From an uncultured Gammaproteobacteria bacterium (GTDB lineage Bacteria; Patescibacteriota; Patescibacteriia; UBA9934), in assembly GCA_964355955.1 (NCBI GenBank), contig CAYHFQ010000005.1, forward strand, positions 1 to 58,142: a DNA stretch of 58,142 nucleotides. Reading direction: 5' to 3'. Below, one piece after another: positions 41,606-52,647 of the stretch (its first letter is position 1; every line of letters begins with the position of its first letter). The notes below the pieces were generated by a model, which was not told the DNA's origin, did no database searches, and was given only the letters and a program-made list of their open reading frames with translations. Made by a program: the position numbers and the translations under genes.

Positions 41606-42185
41606 AGGGAGACTCTGGAGCGAGGAGGAGCGCGAGTTCTTTCCGGGCGTAATATAAACGAGATAAGACTGTGCCTTCTGGACAGTCGAGAGTCTCAGCT
41701 GTGTCTCTGCAGGACAGCCCTTTTATTTCATGGAAAAATATGACGGCTCTGTGTTCCTTGGAGAGTTTGAGAATGGCCGCGTGTACTTGGTGATGGAGAT
41801 CGGCTTGTTCAAGCGGCTGACTGGCACTTCGCAGATGTTCTTGATCTTCGCGCAGGGCGACGGACAGTAGCTCCTCTGCTTTAGATCTTCGCCGCTTCTG
41901 TTGACGCAGGTGGTCGAGCGAGAGGTTGATGGATATGCGGGCTAGCCAAGCGGTGAAGCTAGCTCGGCCGTCATATTGATCCAATGCCTGCAGGCTCTTG
42001 GTCCAGGCTTCTTGAGCAAGTTCCTCGGCAAGCTCAGCATTTTTCACAATACTGAAGGCGGCCGCGAAAATCCGTTGCCGATGGCGGACGAAGAGCGTGT
42101 TGAAGGCCTGGGCGCTGCCTTGCTGGGCCTGCCTGACTAGGGCGGCGTCGGACTCAAGGGAGTCCTGACGCGGGTTTTTGCTCAT
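41604..42185 (-). CDS. RNA polymerase sigma factor, ECF (sigma-24) type
   Basis: Region 2 (FNTLFVRHRQRIFAAAFSIVKN...AQEAW) and region 4 (HRAVIFFHEIKGLSCRDTAETLDCPEGTVLSRLYYARKEL). Confidence 0.8.
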   Translation of the reverse strand: MSKNPRQDSLESDAALVRQAQQGSAQAFNTLFVRHRQRIFAAAFSIVKNAELAEELAQEAWTKSLQALDQYDGRASFTAWLARISINLSLDHLRQQKRRRSKAEELLSVALREDQEHLRSASQPLEQADLHHQVHAAILKLSKEHRAVIFFHEIKGLSCRDTAETLDCPEGTVLSRLYYARKELALLLAPESP

Positions 42186-42250
42186 GTGGACTCCTTGGGT
42201 GAGCGGCGGAAGAGTAGCAGGTGATTAGGCTAATGTAAAGGTGTTTATGG

Positions 42251-42288
42251 CAAAATAAACAGCAGTTAGATTGAAGTCTAACTGCTGT
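42251..42288 (-). terminator. intrinsic terminator after gyrB
   Basis: Minus-sense ACAGCAGUUAGACUUCAAUCUAACUGCUGU followed by UUAUUUU. Confidence 0.7.
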
Positions 42289-42308
42289 CTGCTGGTTGAT
42301 TTTTTGGA

Positions 42309-44357
<2,049 letters not shown>

Positions 44358-44374
44358 CTAGTTGATAACTTGTC

Positions 44375-44659
44375 TCAGCTAGAGATAGAGAATTTAATTT
44401 TGACATCCAGTGCGTCGGCCAGCTTATAAAGAAAAGCCATGGTTGGGTTAGAATTGCCAGCTTCAAAGCGCGAAATAGCCGATTGTTTGGTGCCCATTTT
44501 TTTAGCAATGGCAGCTTGTGAGAGTTTATTGCTGAGGCGTTGTTCGATGAGTTTAGCGATAAGTACGTATTCTGGCTCGAGCTCATCGTAGGCTTTTTTG
44601 ACGCCAGGTCGCTTGGCGAATGTTTCTCTTTTAAAATCTTCAAAGTTGGTTAATTTCAT
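44375..44659 (-). CDS. XRE-family HTH antitoxin (HigA-like)
   Basis: LSQAAIAKKMGTKQSAISRFEAG helix-turn-helix. 94 aa, immediately downstream of the toxin gene. Confidence 0.75.
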   Translation of the reverse strand: MKLTNFEDFKRETFAKRPGVKKAYDELEPEYVLIAKLIEQRLSNKLSQAAIAKKMGTKQSAISRFEAGNSNPTMAFLYKLADALDVKIKFSISS

Positions 44660-44685
44660 ATAAATGTATTATAGCATATAAGTTA

Positions 44686-45003
44686 TTATCCAACAAGCTC
44701 GCGAAGTAGTTTTAGAGCCATCGTTAATTCCTTTTTCGGTAGCTTATTTGTCTTTTTTAGAAAGCCGTAGAATAAAATTATTCGATTATCTTTCGTGGTA
44801 AAGAAGAGTCTAACTGCGGGATGGCCAGGAATTCTTAGTTCGTATAAACTTTTAGCTATTTTTTTGGTGTGGGGATAGCCTAGGTCGCCGCCGTATGTGT
44901 AAAATAAATTAATCGATTTCATGGACTTGGCGTAGGCAATGTGATCGAGACTTTCGATAAATTCTTTTGCTTGGTCAACTAATTCGATGATGAAGTCAGA
45001 CAT
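44686..45003 (-). CDS. RelE/HigB-superfamily (Gp49-like) toxin
   Basis: LYELRIPGHPAVRLFFTTKDNRIILFYGFLKKTNKLPKKEL, a typical Gp49/HigB-like pattern. The toxin-first gene order matches HigBA. Confidence 0.7.
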   Translation of the reverse strand: MSDFIIELVDQAKEFIESLDHIAYAKSMKSINLFYTYGGDLGYPHTKKIAKSLYELRIPGHPAVRLFFTTKDNRIILFYGFLKKTNKLPKKELTMALKLLRELVG

Positions 45004-45044
45004 ATGTAACATTCTATCACGAACTCATGTTATACTACTGCTAT

Positions 45045-45962
45045 ATGGTGGAGACAAAACTACAAGGAGATTTTGCCGAAATTGAAAAGCGCTATAAAGA
45101 AGAGGTAGCGGTGACAACTTGGCGGCCTAAGTTAATCATGATTGGTTTAGTGACTTGGGGTTTAATTGATGCTGCGCTCGTAATTTTCTTTTTGGTAACG
45201 GTGGCTAGCTATGTGGTACAAGGGTCGTTTGACGAAGCGCGCAGTATTGGTTCGATTGGGCAGAATGCGGGAGTAGCTCACGTTATGACTGTGGCCAGAC
45301 TAGCGCAACCAATTTTGACCAATGATGCTCATGTGTTGACTCATGATGCCACGACGTATGATATGTACGCGGTGGTGGAGAATCCGAATACGGAATGGTA
45401 CGCCACTTTTAATTATCATTTTACGGCTGGGCAGATTGTTACAGCGACTAAAGAGGGGAACTCGATGCCAGGCGAGAGTCGTTATTTGACGGCGCTCAAT
45501 GTGAAATCAGATACGCGGCCAGTTGGTGCACAATTGGTGATTGCTGATGTCGTGTGGCATAGGATTGATCATCATGAGATTGCCGATACTGCAGCATACC
45601 TGACAGTGCGCAATGATTTTCAGGTGACTGATGAGGTTTATGCGCCAGATGTTGTGCTGGCCGCGGATACAGTTGGTAGATCCGTGTTTACTCTCAAGAA
45701 CGCTACGGCTTATAGCTATTTTTCACCAGTGTTTACGGTTTTGTTGAAGCGTGGCGGAGTCGTGATTGGGATTAATGAAGTGACATTGTCGCAGTTTACG
45801 ACCGGTGAAGCACGAGCGATTGAGGTTCATTGGTTTGGGGATATTCCAACTAGCGGCACGGTGGAAGTTGTGCCAATGATTAATTATTTTGATGAAGCGG
45901 TGTATACGAAACCGCCGAGCGATGTATTGGTTGATCCGCGGGATTTGATTAAGAGTAGATAG
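45045..45962 (+). CDS. membrane-anchored hypothetical protein
   Basis: A single TM segment (LIMIGLVTWGLIDAALVIFFLVTVASYVV) followed by a soluble domain of about 240 aa. Confidence 0.65.
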   Translation: MVETKLQGDFAEIEKRYKEEVAVTTWRPKLIMIGLVTWGLIDAALVIFFLVTVASYVVQGSFDEARSIGSIGQNAGVAHVMTVARLAQPILTNDAHVLTHDATTYDMYAVVENPNTEWYATFNYHFTAGQIVTATKEGNSMPGESRYLTALNVKSDTRPVGAQLVIADVVWHRIDHHEIADTAAYLTVRNDFQVTDEVYAPDVVLAADTVGRSVFTLKNATAYSYFSPVFTVLLKRGGVVIGINEVTLSQFTTGEARAIEVHWFGDIPTSGTVEVVPMINYFDEAVYTKPPSDVLVDPRDLIKSR

Positions 45963-45985
45963 TAGAGGGTAGGAAGTAGATTTAA
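45961..45985 (+). repeat. GTAG-rich spacer module
   Basis: AGTAGAGGGTAGGAAGTAGATTTAA, close to minus-sense 18641..18672 (GTAGAGGGTAGAAGGTAGATTTAA). Confidence 0.5.
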
Positions 45986-46007
45986 GGATGTGCTAAGATG
46001 AGGTAGT

Positions 46008-47132
46008 ATGGAATCCTTGAGTCGACATTGGCAGCGCGTGGATTGGTTGCTAATTTTTGCAGCCTTCGTGTTGTTTGCGTTTGGTATTTCGGCGATTTAC
46101 TCGGTGGAGTTGTCGCATGGGGGTAGTTTTGTGTTGATTAGGAAGCAGTGTATTGCTTTGGTGATTGGCTTGGTGGCGGCGTTTGCGATTAGCCGGACGA
46201 ACTACCAGTTTTTTAGAAACTATGGTCGAGGATTGTATTTTTTGGGAGTGTTGTCGCTGATTGCGGTGTTAATTTTTGGACGGACACTGAACGGATCGAC
46301 GGGCTGGTTTGTGTTTGCTGGTTTTGCCTTTCAGCCGATTGAGTTCATGAAGTTTGCGCTAATTACCCAGATGGCCAGATATTTTGGTGAACATGCTGAG
46401 CGCAGGTTTAGTTGGAAGGATTTTGGACGGAGTGGTTTGATTACATTGGTACCAGTAGCCTTAGCGATGGCGCAACCCGACTTGGGTGGTGCTATGTTAC
46501 TCGGAGTGATCTGGCTCGTCATGGTATTTTTTGCTGGAGCTAAGTTACGTCATTTTGGTTCATTATTGTTAGTTGGTGGTGTTATTTTTACCCTTGGCTG
46601 GTTTGTGGTCTTTCACGATTATCAGAAGGAGCGTATTGCAACCTTCCTGAATCCAGCGTCTGACCCACTTGATACCGGCTATAATGTGACGCAGGCGAAG
46701 ATTGCGATTGGTTCAGGCGGAGTTTTAGGGACTGGACTGGGGGCTGGGTCACAGAGTCAGTTACGCTTCTTGCCGCAGGCAGAGACGGACTTTGTGTTTG
46801 CGGTGATTGCGGAGGAACTTGGGTTTGTTGGGGTGGCGGCAATTTTTGGCGCTTTAGCCTTGTTATTCGTACGGCTGATTATTACAGCGAGAAGTACGCG
46901 AGATAACTTTGCAGCTTACTTGGTATTGGGTGTTTTTGGCCTGTATTTAGCGCAAGCCTTGGTGCATATTGGGGCTAACCTGTCGCTTTTACCGGCGACT
47001 GGCGTGGCGCTGCCCTTTGTGAGTTATGGCGGCAGTTCATTGCTGTTGTCGTGTATTGCGCTAGGAGTAGCAGAAAGTGTCGCTATTACCTTGACTCCAG
47101 GTCGCAAACTTACAGAATCGATGCTACACTAG
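46008..47132 (+). CDS. SEDS-family peptidoglycan glycosyltransferase FtsW/RodA
   Basis: About 10 TM segments, FQPIEFMKF, TDFVFAVIAEELGFVG, LPFVSYGGSS. Confidence 0.9.
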   Translation: MESLSRHWQRVDWLLIFAAFVLFAFGISAIYSVELSHGGSFVLIRKQCIALVIGLVAAFAISRTNYQFFRNYGRGLYFLGVLSLIAVLIFGRTLNGSTGWFVFAGFAFQPIEFMKFALITQMARYFGEHAERRFSWKDFGRSGLITLVPVALAMAQPDLGGAMLLGVIWLVMVFFAGAKLRHFGSLLLVGGVIFTLGWFVVFHDYQKERIATFLNPASDPLDTGYNVTQAKIAIGSGGVLGTGLGAGSQSQLRFLPQAETDFVFAVIAEELGFVGVAAIFGALALLFVRLIITARSTRDNFAAYLVLGVFGLYLAQALVHIGANLSLLPATGVALPFVSYGGSSLLLSCIALGVAESVAITLTPGRKLTESMLH

Positions 47133-47139
47133 CGGCGCT

Positions 47140-47427
47140 ATGGATTTCAGCCAACAAATTCCCATGCCAGATTGCCCTTTTTGTGGGGTCGTTTATGGAG
47201 CTTCGCCACGAGTTATCGTCGACGAAGGGAATTATGGCGAAATGGTCCATGTTACTTGCCTTGCCTGTCATAGGGCACTGGCCATGCAAGTGGAGAGAAG
47301 TCCGCATTGTGTGAAGAGTGTGGGGCTGTTAACTGACTGTAATGCGGAAGATTACAGGCATTTTATGCATTCCAAGCGGGTTACCTTAGACGATGTGCTG
47401 GCAGTGCATCAGGGGTTATCCCGCTAA
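47140..47427 (+). CDS. small zinc-ribbon-like hypothetical protein
   Basis: CPFC...CLAC cysteine pairs, 95 aa (or 87 aa from the second Met). Confidence 0.5.
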   Translation: MDFSQQIPMPDCPFCGVVYGASPRVIVDEGNYGEMVHVTCLACHRALAMQVERSPHCVKSVGLLTDCNAEDYRHFMHSKRVTLDDVLAVHQGLSR

Positions 47428-47430
47428 TGG

Positions 47431-47459
47431 TTGACAAGATTCTAATTTTCCTGTGAAAT
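47431..47459 (+). promoter_or_regulatory. sigma-70-like promoter for rplY
   Basis: TTGACA-N17-TGAAAT, ending 11 nt before the start codon. Confidence 0.45.
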
Positions 47460-47469
47460 ACGGCGCATT

Positions 47470-48159
47470 ATGACCCATACAACACTCGCAGCAGAAACCC
47501 GTACCTTGGCCGGCCGTAAGACCGACGCCTTGCGTGCCGAAGGTAAAGTCCCAGCTGTCATGTACGGCTTTGGTACCGAACCAACCAACATCACCGTTGA
47601 TCGCAATGCTTTCTTGAAGGCCTACAAGTCGGCTGGTGAGAGCACTGTGCTTGACCTCGACATTGCTGGTACCGTGCATCCAGTGTTGATTTCTGACGTT
47701 CAACAGAACGTTTTGAATGACTTTGTCACGCATGCTGACTTCCGTCGTGTCGACTTGACTCACAAGATTGAGGCCAACATCCCATTGAAGCTCACAGGTA
47801 TCTCTTCCGCTGTGAAGGATTTGGGTGGTACACTGGTACAGTCCTTGGAAGAAATTGAAGTTGAATGTTTGCCAAACGCTTTGGTCCACGACATTACTAT
47901 CAACATTTCTGCCCTTAAGACTTTCGAAGATGTGATTCGTGTCAGTGACTTGGTCATTCCAGCAGGTATGGAAGTGAAGACCGACGCTAACAGTGCTATC
48001 GCTTCCGTTCAGCCACCACGTTCTGAGGAAGAAATGGCCGCTTTGAACGCTTCAGTCGAAGGTGACGTCAGTAAGGTAGAGGTTTTGACTGAGAAGAAGG
48101 TTGAAGCCGGTGCCGCTGATGCTAAGAAACCAGAAGCCAAAAAGTCAGATAAAAAATAA
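47470..48159 (+). CDS. rplY: 50S ribosomal protein L25 / general stress protein Ctc
   Basis: RKTDALRAEGKVPAVMYG, a two-domain Ctc form, and a K/A/E-rich tail. Confidence 0.9.
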   Translation: MTHTTLAAETRTLAGRKTDALRAEGKVPAVMYGFGTEPTNITVDRNAFLKAYKSAGESTVLDLDIAGTVHPVLISDVQQNVLNDFVTHADFRRVDLTHKIEANIPLKLTGISSAVKDLGGTLVQSLEEIEVECLPNALVHDITINISALKTFEDVIRVSDLVIPAGMEVKTDANSAIASVQPPRSEEEMAALNASVEGDVSKVEVLTEKKVEAGAADAKKPEAKKSDKK

Positions 48160-48162
48160 TAC

Positions 48163-49194
48163 ATGAACAAAAAGACCGCTATTACCTTCGCCACTTGTGC
48201 GCTCGTGATAGCGGTCTTTGTTATTGCTGTCTTGATTTATCGACCGGCTGATAAACAGGCTGAGGTAGAAGCCGGGGATGAGACTGTAGTAGTCGATGAG
48301 GTGATCCGAAATCCATTAACTGGAGCTAAGCTTGACGTGCCATTAACTGAGTTGCCGCAGGTGACGGCTGTGATGGTGGAGAATTCGGCGGATGCGTGGC
48401 CGTTGGTCGGACTTGATCAAGCTTTCTTGGTGATTGAAGCGCCGGTGGAGGGCATGATTCCACGTTTCGAGTTGTTTTTTGCACCAGATTCCGTGGTGCC
48501 GAAGATTGGCCCAGTGCGATCGGCGCGACCGTATTATATTGATTGGGCGGCCCAGTTTGGGGCGTTATATGCCCACGTTGGTGGTTCACCTGAGGCGCTC
48601 GAAAAATTGCAGACGGCGAATGTGACTAACTTTGATCAGTTCTTTAACGGTGATTATTTTTGGCGTGATACTGGCACACGTTTCGCTCCGCACAATGTCT
48701 ACACGTCGATTGAAAATTTGGTCGACGCTGAGATTAACGTCAAGCACATGTCAGTGCCTAATTATACGTTTTGGCAGTTTAAGGACGGTGTAGCTAGCGG
48801 CGAGAATCATTCGCTGACTATTGACTGGACGGCGGGTGGGACTTATGACGTGGCCTGGGATTATGACACTGCGACTAATGCTTATACCCGTAAACAAGGG
48901 GGTACTGCTAACTTCCTGGAGCATTGGGCAAAGGTAATTGTAGATAACGTGGTGGTGATGGAAAGTGACATGGAAGTTCTCGACGAGAAAGGCAGGCGGT
49001 CAATTAGAACGATTGGTACGGGCAAGGCTATGTTGGCGCAAGACGGGCGGATTATTGCAGTGACGTGGAGTAAGGAGGGTGAGACTGCGCCTTTGCGATT
49101 TTTGGATGAGGCTGGTGAGGAAATTAAAATGAATGCGGGTAAGACGTGGATTGAGGTTGTGCCGTCGCTGGGGCAAATGACAACGTCGAATTAG
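48163..49194 (+). CDS. DUF3048-domain protein (YerB-like)
   Basis: N-terminal TM anchor, NPLTG, AVMVENSADAWPLVGL, VIEAPVEGMIPRF, RSARPYY. Confidence 0.75.
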   Translation: MNKKTAITFATCALVIAVFVIAVLIYRPADKQAEVEAGDETVVVDEVIRNPLTGAKLDVPLTELPQVTAVMVENSADAWPLVGLDQAFLVIEAPVEGMIPRFELFFAPDSVVPKIGPVRSARPYYIDWAAQFGALYAHVGGSPEALEKLQTANVTNFDQFFNGDYFWRDTGTRFAPHNVYTSIENLVDAEINVKHMSVPNYTFWQFKDGVASGENHSLTIDWTAGGTYDVAWDYDTATNAYTRKQGGTANFLEHWAKVIVDNVVVMESDMEVLDEKGRRSIRTIGTGKAMLAQDGRIIAVTWSKEGETAPLRFLDEAGEEIKMNAGKTWIEVVPSLGQMTTSN

Positions 49195-50197
49195 GTTTTA
49201 CTGGATGGTAGTAGTGACTGAGTTTCTTGAGCATGGCTGGTATTTCGTCAAATGGAACATCGAGCAGCTGCAGGACAATATAGGGGCGGAGTGATTTGTC
49301 GCCTTGTTGGACGTCGATTTCGTGGATTGCAGTGTTGATTTGAGCGAGAATATTTTTGTGTTTTTGACTGAATTCTTTGGCTGGAAAAAAGGCTGAGTAA
49401 GAGTCAGAACTTAGCGAAAGTTCAAGACGCATGCCAGAAGATCCGTCACGGAGACAGGCTAAGACTTCGTCTTTGATAAATTTTCCGAAAGCTTGTGCTT
49501 CGTCAGTTTCGGTACGTTTAGTGCGATCATGAATAGATTTTTCGGTTGCTTGAAAAACACCGAGTAATTTGTGATTAATCCAGTGCTGGCGTTCATGGAT
49601 AATAATTGAGTTAGTTGTGGCGGCCTCGTTGGTTATGTTTTCTGGAGGAGCTTGATTGATAAGAATCACTGGTACACTGAAAGTGGTATTACCTATAGTG
49701 ATAGCATTATGAAAAGTACCGGAGCTCTTTTGATTGATGCTGGTTTGAGCTTGGTCGGGGTAGGCGAATTTGTAGTAGTCTGCAGGATTAGTGCAGTAAA
49801 TTAGGAAATAACCTTCGTGACGTTGGGCGGTGACAGCTTGAGTGCTGGACGGTGTCTCGTTGGTACGAAAATGGTAAAATATTGCACCTAGCTCGGTAGG
49901 ACTGGTGATGTTAAAATTTTCTTTGTAGTAATTTTCAGCGTCGGCGGCTTGCTTTGTCATTTTACCGTACTCGCCAAGGATTTTGATGAGTGAATCTCGC
50001 TGGCTTGGTGAGAAGTCCGATGATTCGATTTTATTGTGAATACTAAGGACCTCCTCGTGGTTTTGGGTGGCAAGGGCGTTATCCAGTTCAACTAAAAGAG
50101 AGGCGTGGCGGTGACGCTTGTCTAGCCGTTCTTTCGTCCAATATTCAGGTGTTTCGATTTTCTGCTGTGTTTCGTAGTGTCCGCCTTCTGCTGCCAT
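49124..50197 (-). CDS. hypothetical protein with an HExxH motif (possible zinc metallopeptidase)
   Basis: IIIHERQHWINH. Its 3' end overlaps the convergent DUF3048 gene by about 70 nt. The start is set at MAAEGG (50197). Confidence 0.55.
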   Translation of the reverse strand: MAAEGGHYETQQKIETPEYWTKERLDKRHRHASLLVELDNALATQNHEEVLSIHNKIESSDFSPSQRDSLIKILGEYGKMTKQAADAENYYKENFNITSPTELGAIFYHFRTNETPSSTQAVTAQRHEGYFLIYCTNPADYYKFAYPDQAQTSINQKSSGTFHNAITIGNTTFSVPVILINQAPPENITNEAATTNSIIIHERQHWINHKLLGVFQATEKSIHDRTKRTETDEAQAFGKFIKDEVLACLRDGSSGMRLELSLSSDSYSAFFPAKEFSQKHKNILAQINTAIHEIDVQQGDKSLRPYIVLQLLDVPFDEIPAMLKKLSHYYHPVKPNSTLSFAPATAQPQSTSYPHSF

Positions 50198-50217
50198 ATA
50201 GCAGCATTGTAACATGG

Positions 50218-50304
50218 TTAAAGGCTGACGTGGATAACTCGAGCTCTACCTGTGAGATCATTGTGGAGGGAGATGGCGCGGGGGAGGTGGCAATGTCGAA
50301 TTAA
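50218..50304 (-). pseudogene. remnant copy of the prmC 3' end (last ~28 codons plus stop)
   Basis: The minus-strand frame reads LIRHCHLPRAISLHNDLTGRARVIHVSL*, against LIKSHLPRAVISLHNDLTGRTRVIHVSL* for the real prmC C-terminus. An in-frame stop lies 5 codons further upstream. Confidence 0.8.
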
Positions 50305-50335
50305 TGATGAAATGCGGCTTTACGGCTGCATTTTA

Positions 50336-50344
50336 TGTTATAAT
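50336..50344 (+). promoter_or_regulatory. extended -10 element (TGTTATAAT) for the 764-aa ORF
   Basis: Read directly, 8 nt upstream of ATG 50353. Confidence 0.45.
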
Positions 50345-50352
50345 GTTAGGGT

Positions 50353-52647
50353 ATGAATGTACGTCTTGAACAAGGAATGCCAACTCCGGAGATGAATGCT
50401 GTCTCGCCGAGGAAACATAGAGAGTCACCAAAGGAAATACTGACTGAGAAAATAGAGCTGTCTAAAGCTGAGAAACAAGTTTTAGCTACGGATAATATTA
50501 AGATTGCGGAAGCCCGAGCAGGTTTAGCGGCTGAAGCTATGCCAGAATTTACAAAAAATTGGTTGCTGCGAGAAGGTATTAAAATTGAAAAATTCTCGGC
50601 TATCTTGAGTGAGGGCCGAGCTGAAGCTGAGAAAGGTGTGTATGGTAATGTTTGGGATGTAATTGAAGCGTTTGAGGCAACGGACCGGAGGGTTAGTGAC
50701 GATGTACCCAAGGCGCGCCGAGCTTTTAAAGATTTTGTGGCGGAATTGAATAAATCAGATTCTAGTACAACTGATAAGGAGATGGCTCAGAAAATAGCGA
50801 CTAAATATTTTAAGGATACGGGTTATAAATTCAATAAAAATTCGGTTTTACAAAGTTTAGCTAATGGCGAAGAGATGAACTGCGCTGGACGTTTTAAGGT
50901 GATAGCGGCGACTTTGGAAGCGACGGGTTATAAGCCAGATAAAGAAATTTGGGTAAATGAGACGGCTGATCATATTCGTGTTGTTCTCAAGACGAACGAG
51001 GGTGAATTGTTGATTGATGGTGCTAAGGTGACGGTTTATGTACCGGAAGACGGCACGGCAGAAATGCCTCTTAATGATTATAAACGCGAATTATTGGGGT
51101 TGGATCCGGAGCAGCGGATAGTTCACGGAGGAGCTGTTAACAAAGAAAACTTCGGTCATAAGAAATCATGGTTTGGTAAGTTGCTAGATAAGTGGATGCC
51201 GGAGGAGAAACATGAGATTCGCAATACGCGTCGTGGCCGTTATGATAATTTGAAGAGTTCGGACCCGGATAATGTATCGCGCTTAGAGCACCTGATTCCA
51301 GGTAGCGTGTTGGCATTAATGCAATCGCAATTATTGGCTGATGCGAATGCTGTAATTGAACGAATAGCTGGTGGAGCTGTAGAAAAGGCTAAAGCATTGG
51401 CACAGTGGCGTGGTACTAAGCTGGCAGCTGGTGGCGGCCTAGTTATGGCGATGTATTCGGCTTGCGGACCAGTTATCGAGAAATATTCGGAGGCCAAGTC
51501 GCCAGATGAGGCTGCGGAGATGATTCATAGTGATATTTCTGACGTTAAGTTGGCATTGGAGGAAAATATTAATAGTGTGGCGAAAGCGGTAGAGATTGCG
51601 ACTAAAGAGTGGCTTAAAGAAAAGCCGAAAGTGGATAAAAGTGAAAATGAGAAAACGAAGAATAACAGCTCTGATTTAACTGGGGCGGCAAAGAGTGGCT
51701 GGACTGATAGTGAGATTGCAGAGCAATTACCAATTGCTCAATTAGAGATGACGAGGGATGAAATGTATTTGTTATTCGCTGAACGGAAACTGACTTATGA
51801 TTACATTCATTTAATAATGGAAAAGGCTGATACGGAAGGTGAAATTGATCTTTCACAGCCGTTAACTATTGACGTTGGTGAGGCTCGTGTCTTAAGCCCA
51901 ACGTTTTTTAAGTATTTCTTACAACGTGGGAGTAAACAAATAGAACTTGGGATGAATGCTGGCAATCCAGATTTTGCTTTGCCAAATGTAGTTGTGTACA
52001 TTAACGGTAAATATGTAGAAGAAACTGCTTCTACAGCGGCATGGCAGAAGGCTATAAATGAGCTTGAGGATACCAATAGAGTTCAGACTACGGCTAATAT
52101 TTTTTATAATTCTCCGCTGAAAGTTATTGTTAACGGAACGGAACTGTCTGTTCCTGTGGCTTATGGCAAGGAAGACAAAGGAGAGCTGCCCGGTTCAGAA
52201 GAGTGGCGTTATGGCCTTGGTGGAGTATCTGATTCATATATTGCCAAGCAGGCACAGATAATCGCAGTAGGCATGGGGGAAGAGACGAATGGTCATTGGA
52301 AAACTGCCAGAGATAGAATTCATGAGAAAGATAGAAGATTATATTTATATAAATTAGCAACGAATTATCATGCTGTCCCGATAGGTTTTTATGAATCTGA
52401 GGACGGTAGGAGCTGGCCGATATATAATGAAAAGGAAAAGGAGCAGATGAGTGAAGACAACAATAAATTTTATCGCTCAGTAACTCCTGATGAACGAACT
52501 TATATGCAGATGGCGCTAGTAAATGAGGGTAATGATATAGCTGAAGCGATAATTTCTCCGCCTATTCGCGTGACGCCTGCTGAAAAAAATAACAGTTTAG
52601 CTCAATCAATTTTAGCTGCCATTGAAGCTAAAGAGAAACATGAATAA
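50353..52647 (+). CDS. large hypothetical protein (764 aa), possible Cys-His-Asp transglutaminase/papain-like core
   Basis: Long AT-rich ORF. EEMNCAGRFKVIAATLEATGY...ADHIRVVLKTNEGELLIDG resembles a transglutaminase-like C/H/D arrangement, but the match is weak. Confidence 0.7.
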   Translation: MNVRLEQGMPTPEMNAVSPRKHRESPKEILTEKIELSKAEKQVLATDNIKIAEARAGLAAEAMPEFTKNWLLREGIKIEKFSAILSEGRAEAEKGVYGNVWDVIEAFEATDRRVSDDVPKARRAFKDFVAELNKSDSSTTDKEMAQKIATKYFKDTGYKFNKNSVLQSLANGEEMNCAGRFKVIAATLEATGYKPDKEIWVNETADHIRVVLKTNEGELLIDGAKVTVYVPEDGTAEMPLNDYKRELLGLDPEQRIVHGGAVNKENFGHKKSWFGKLLDKWMPEEKHEIRNTRRGRYDNLKSSDPDNVSRLEHLIPGSVLALMQSQLLADANAVIERIAGGAVEKAKALAQWRGTKLAAGGGLVMAMYSACGPVIEKYSEAKSPDEAAEMIHSDISDVKLALEENINSVAKAVEIATKEWLKEKPKVDKSENEKTKNNSSDLTGAAKSGWTDSEIAEQLPIAQLEMTRDEMYLLFAERKLTYDYIHLIMEKADTEGEIDLSQPLTIDVGEARVLSPTFFKYFLQRGSKQIELGMNAGNPDFALPNVVVYINGKYVEETASTAAWQKAINELEDTNRVQTTANIFYNSPLKVIVNGTELSVPVAYGKEDKGELPGSEEWRYGLGGVSDSYIAKQAQIIAVGMGEETNGHWKTARDRIHEKDRRLYLYKLATNYHAVPIGFYESEDGRSWPIYNEKEKEQMSEDNNKFYRSVTPDERTYMQMALVNEGNDIAEAIISPPIRVTPAEKNNSLAQSILAAIEAKEKHE

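Noticed and set aside
50228-50236. DnaA-box-like CGTGGATAA at 50228
   Set aside because: It lies inside the prmC 3' remnant and corresponds to the codons V-I-H-V, so it derives from coding sequence.
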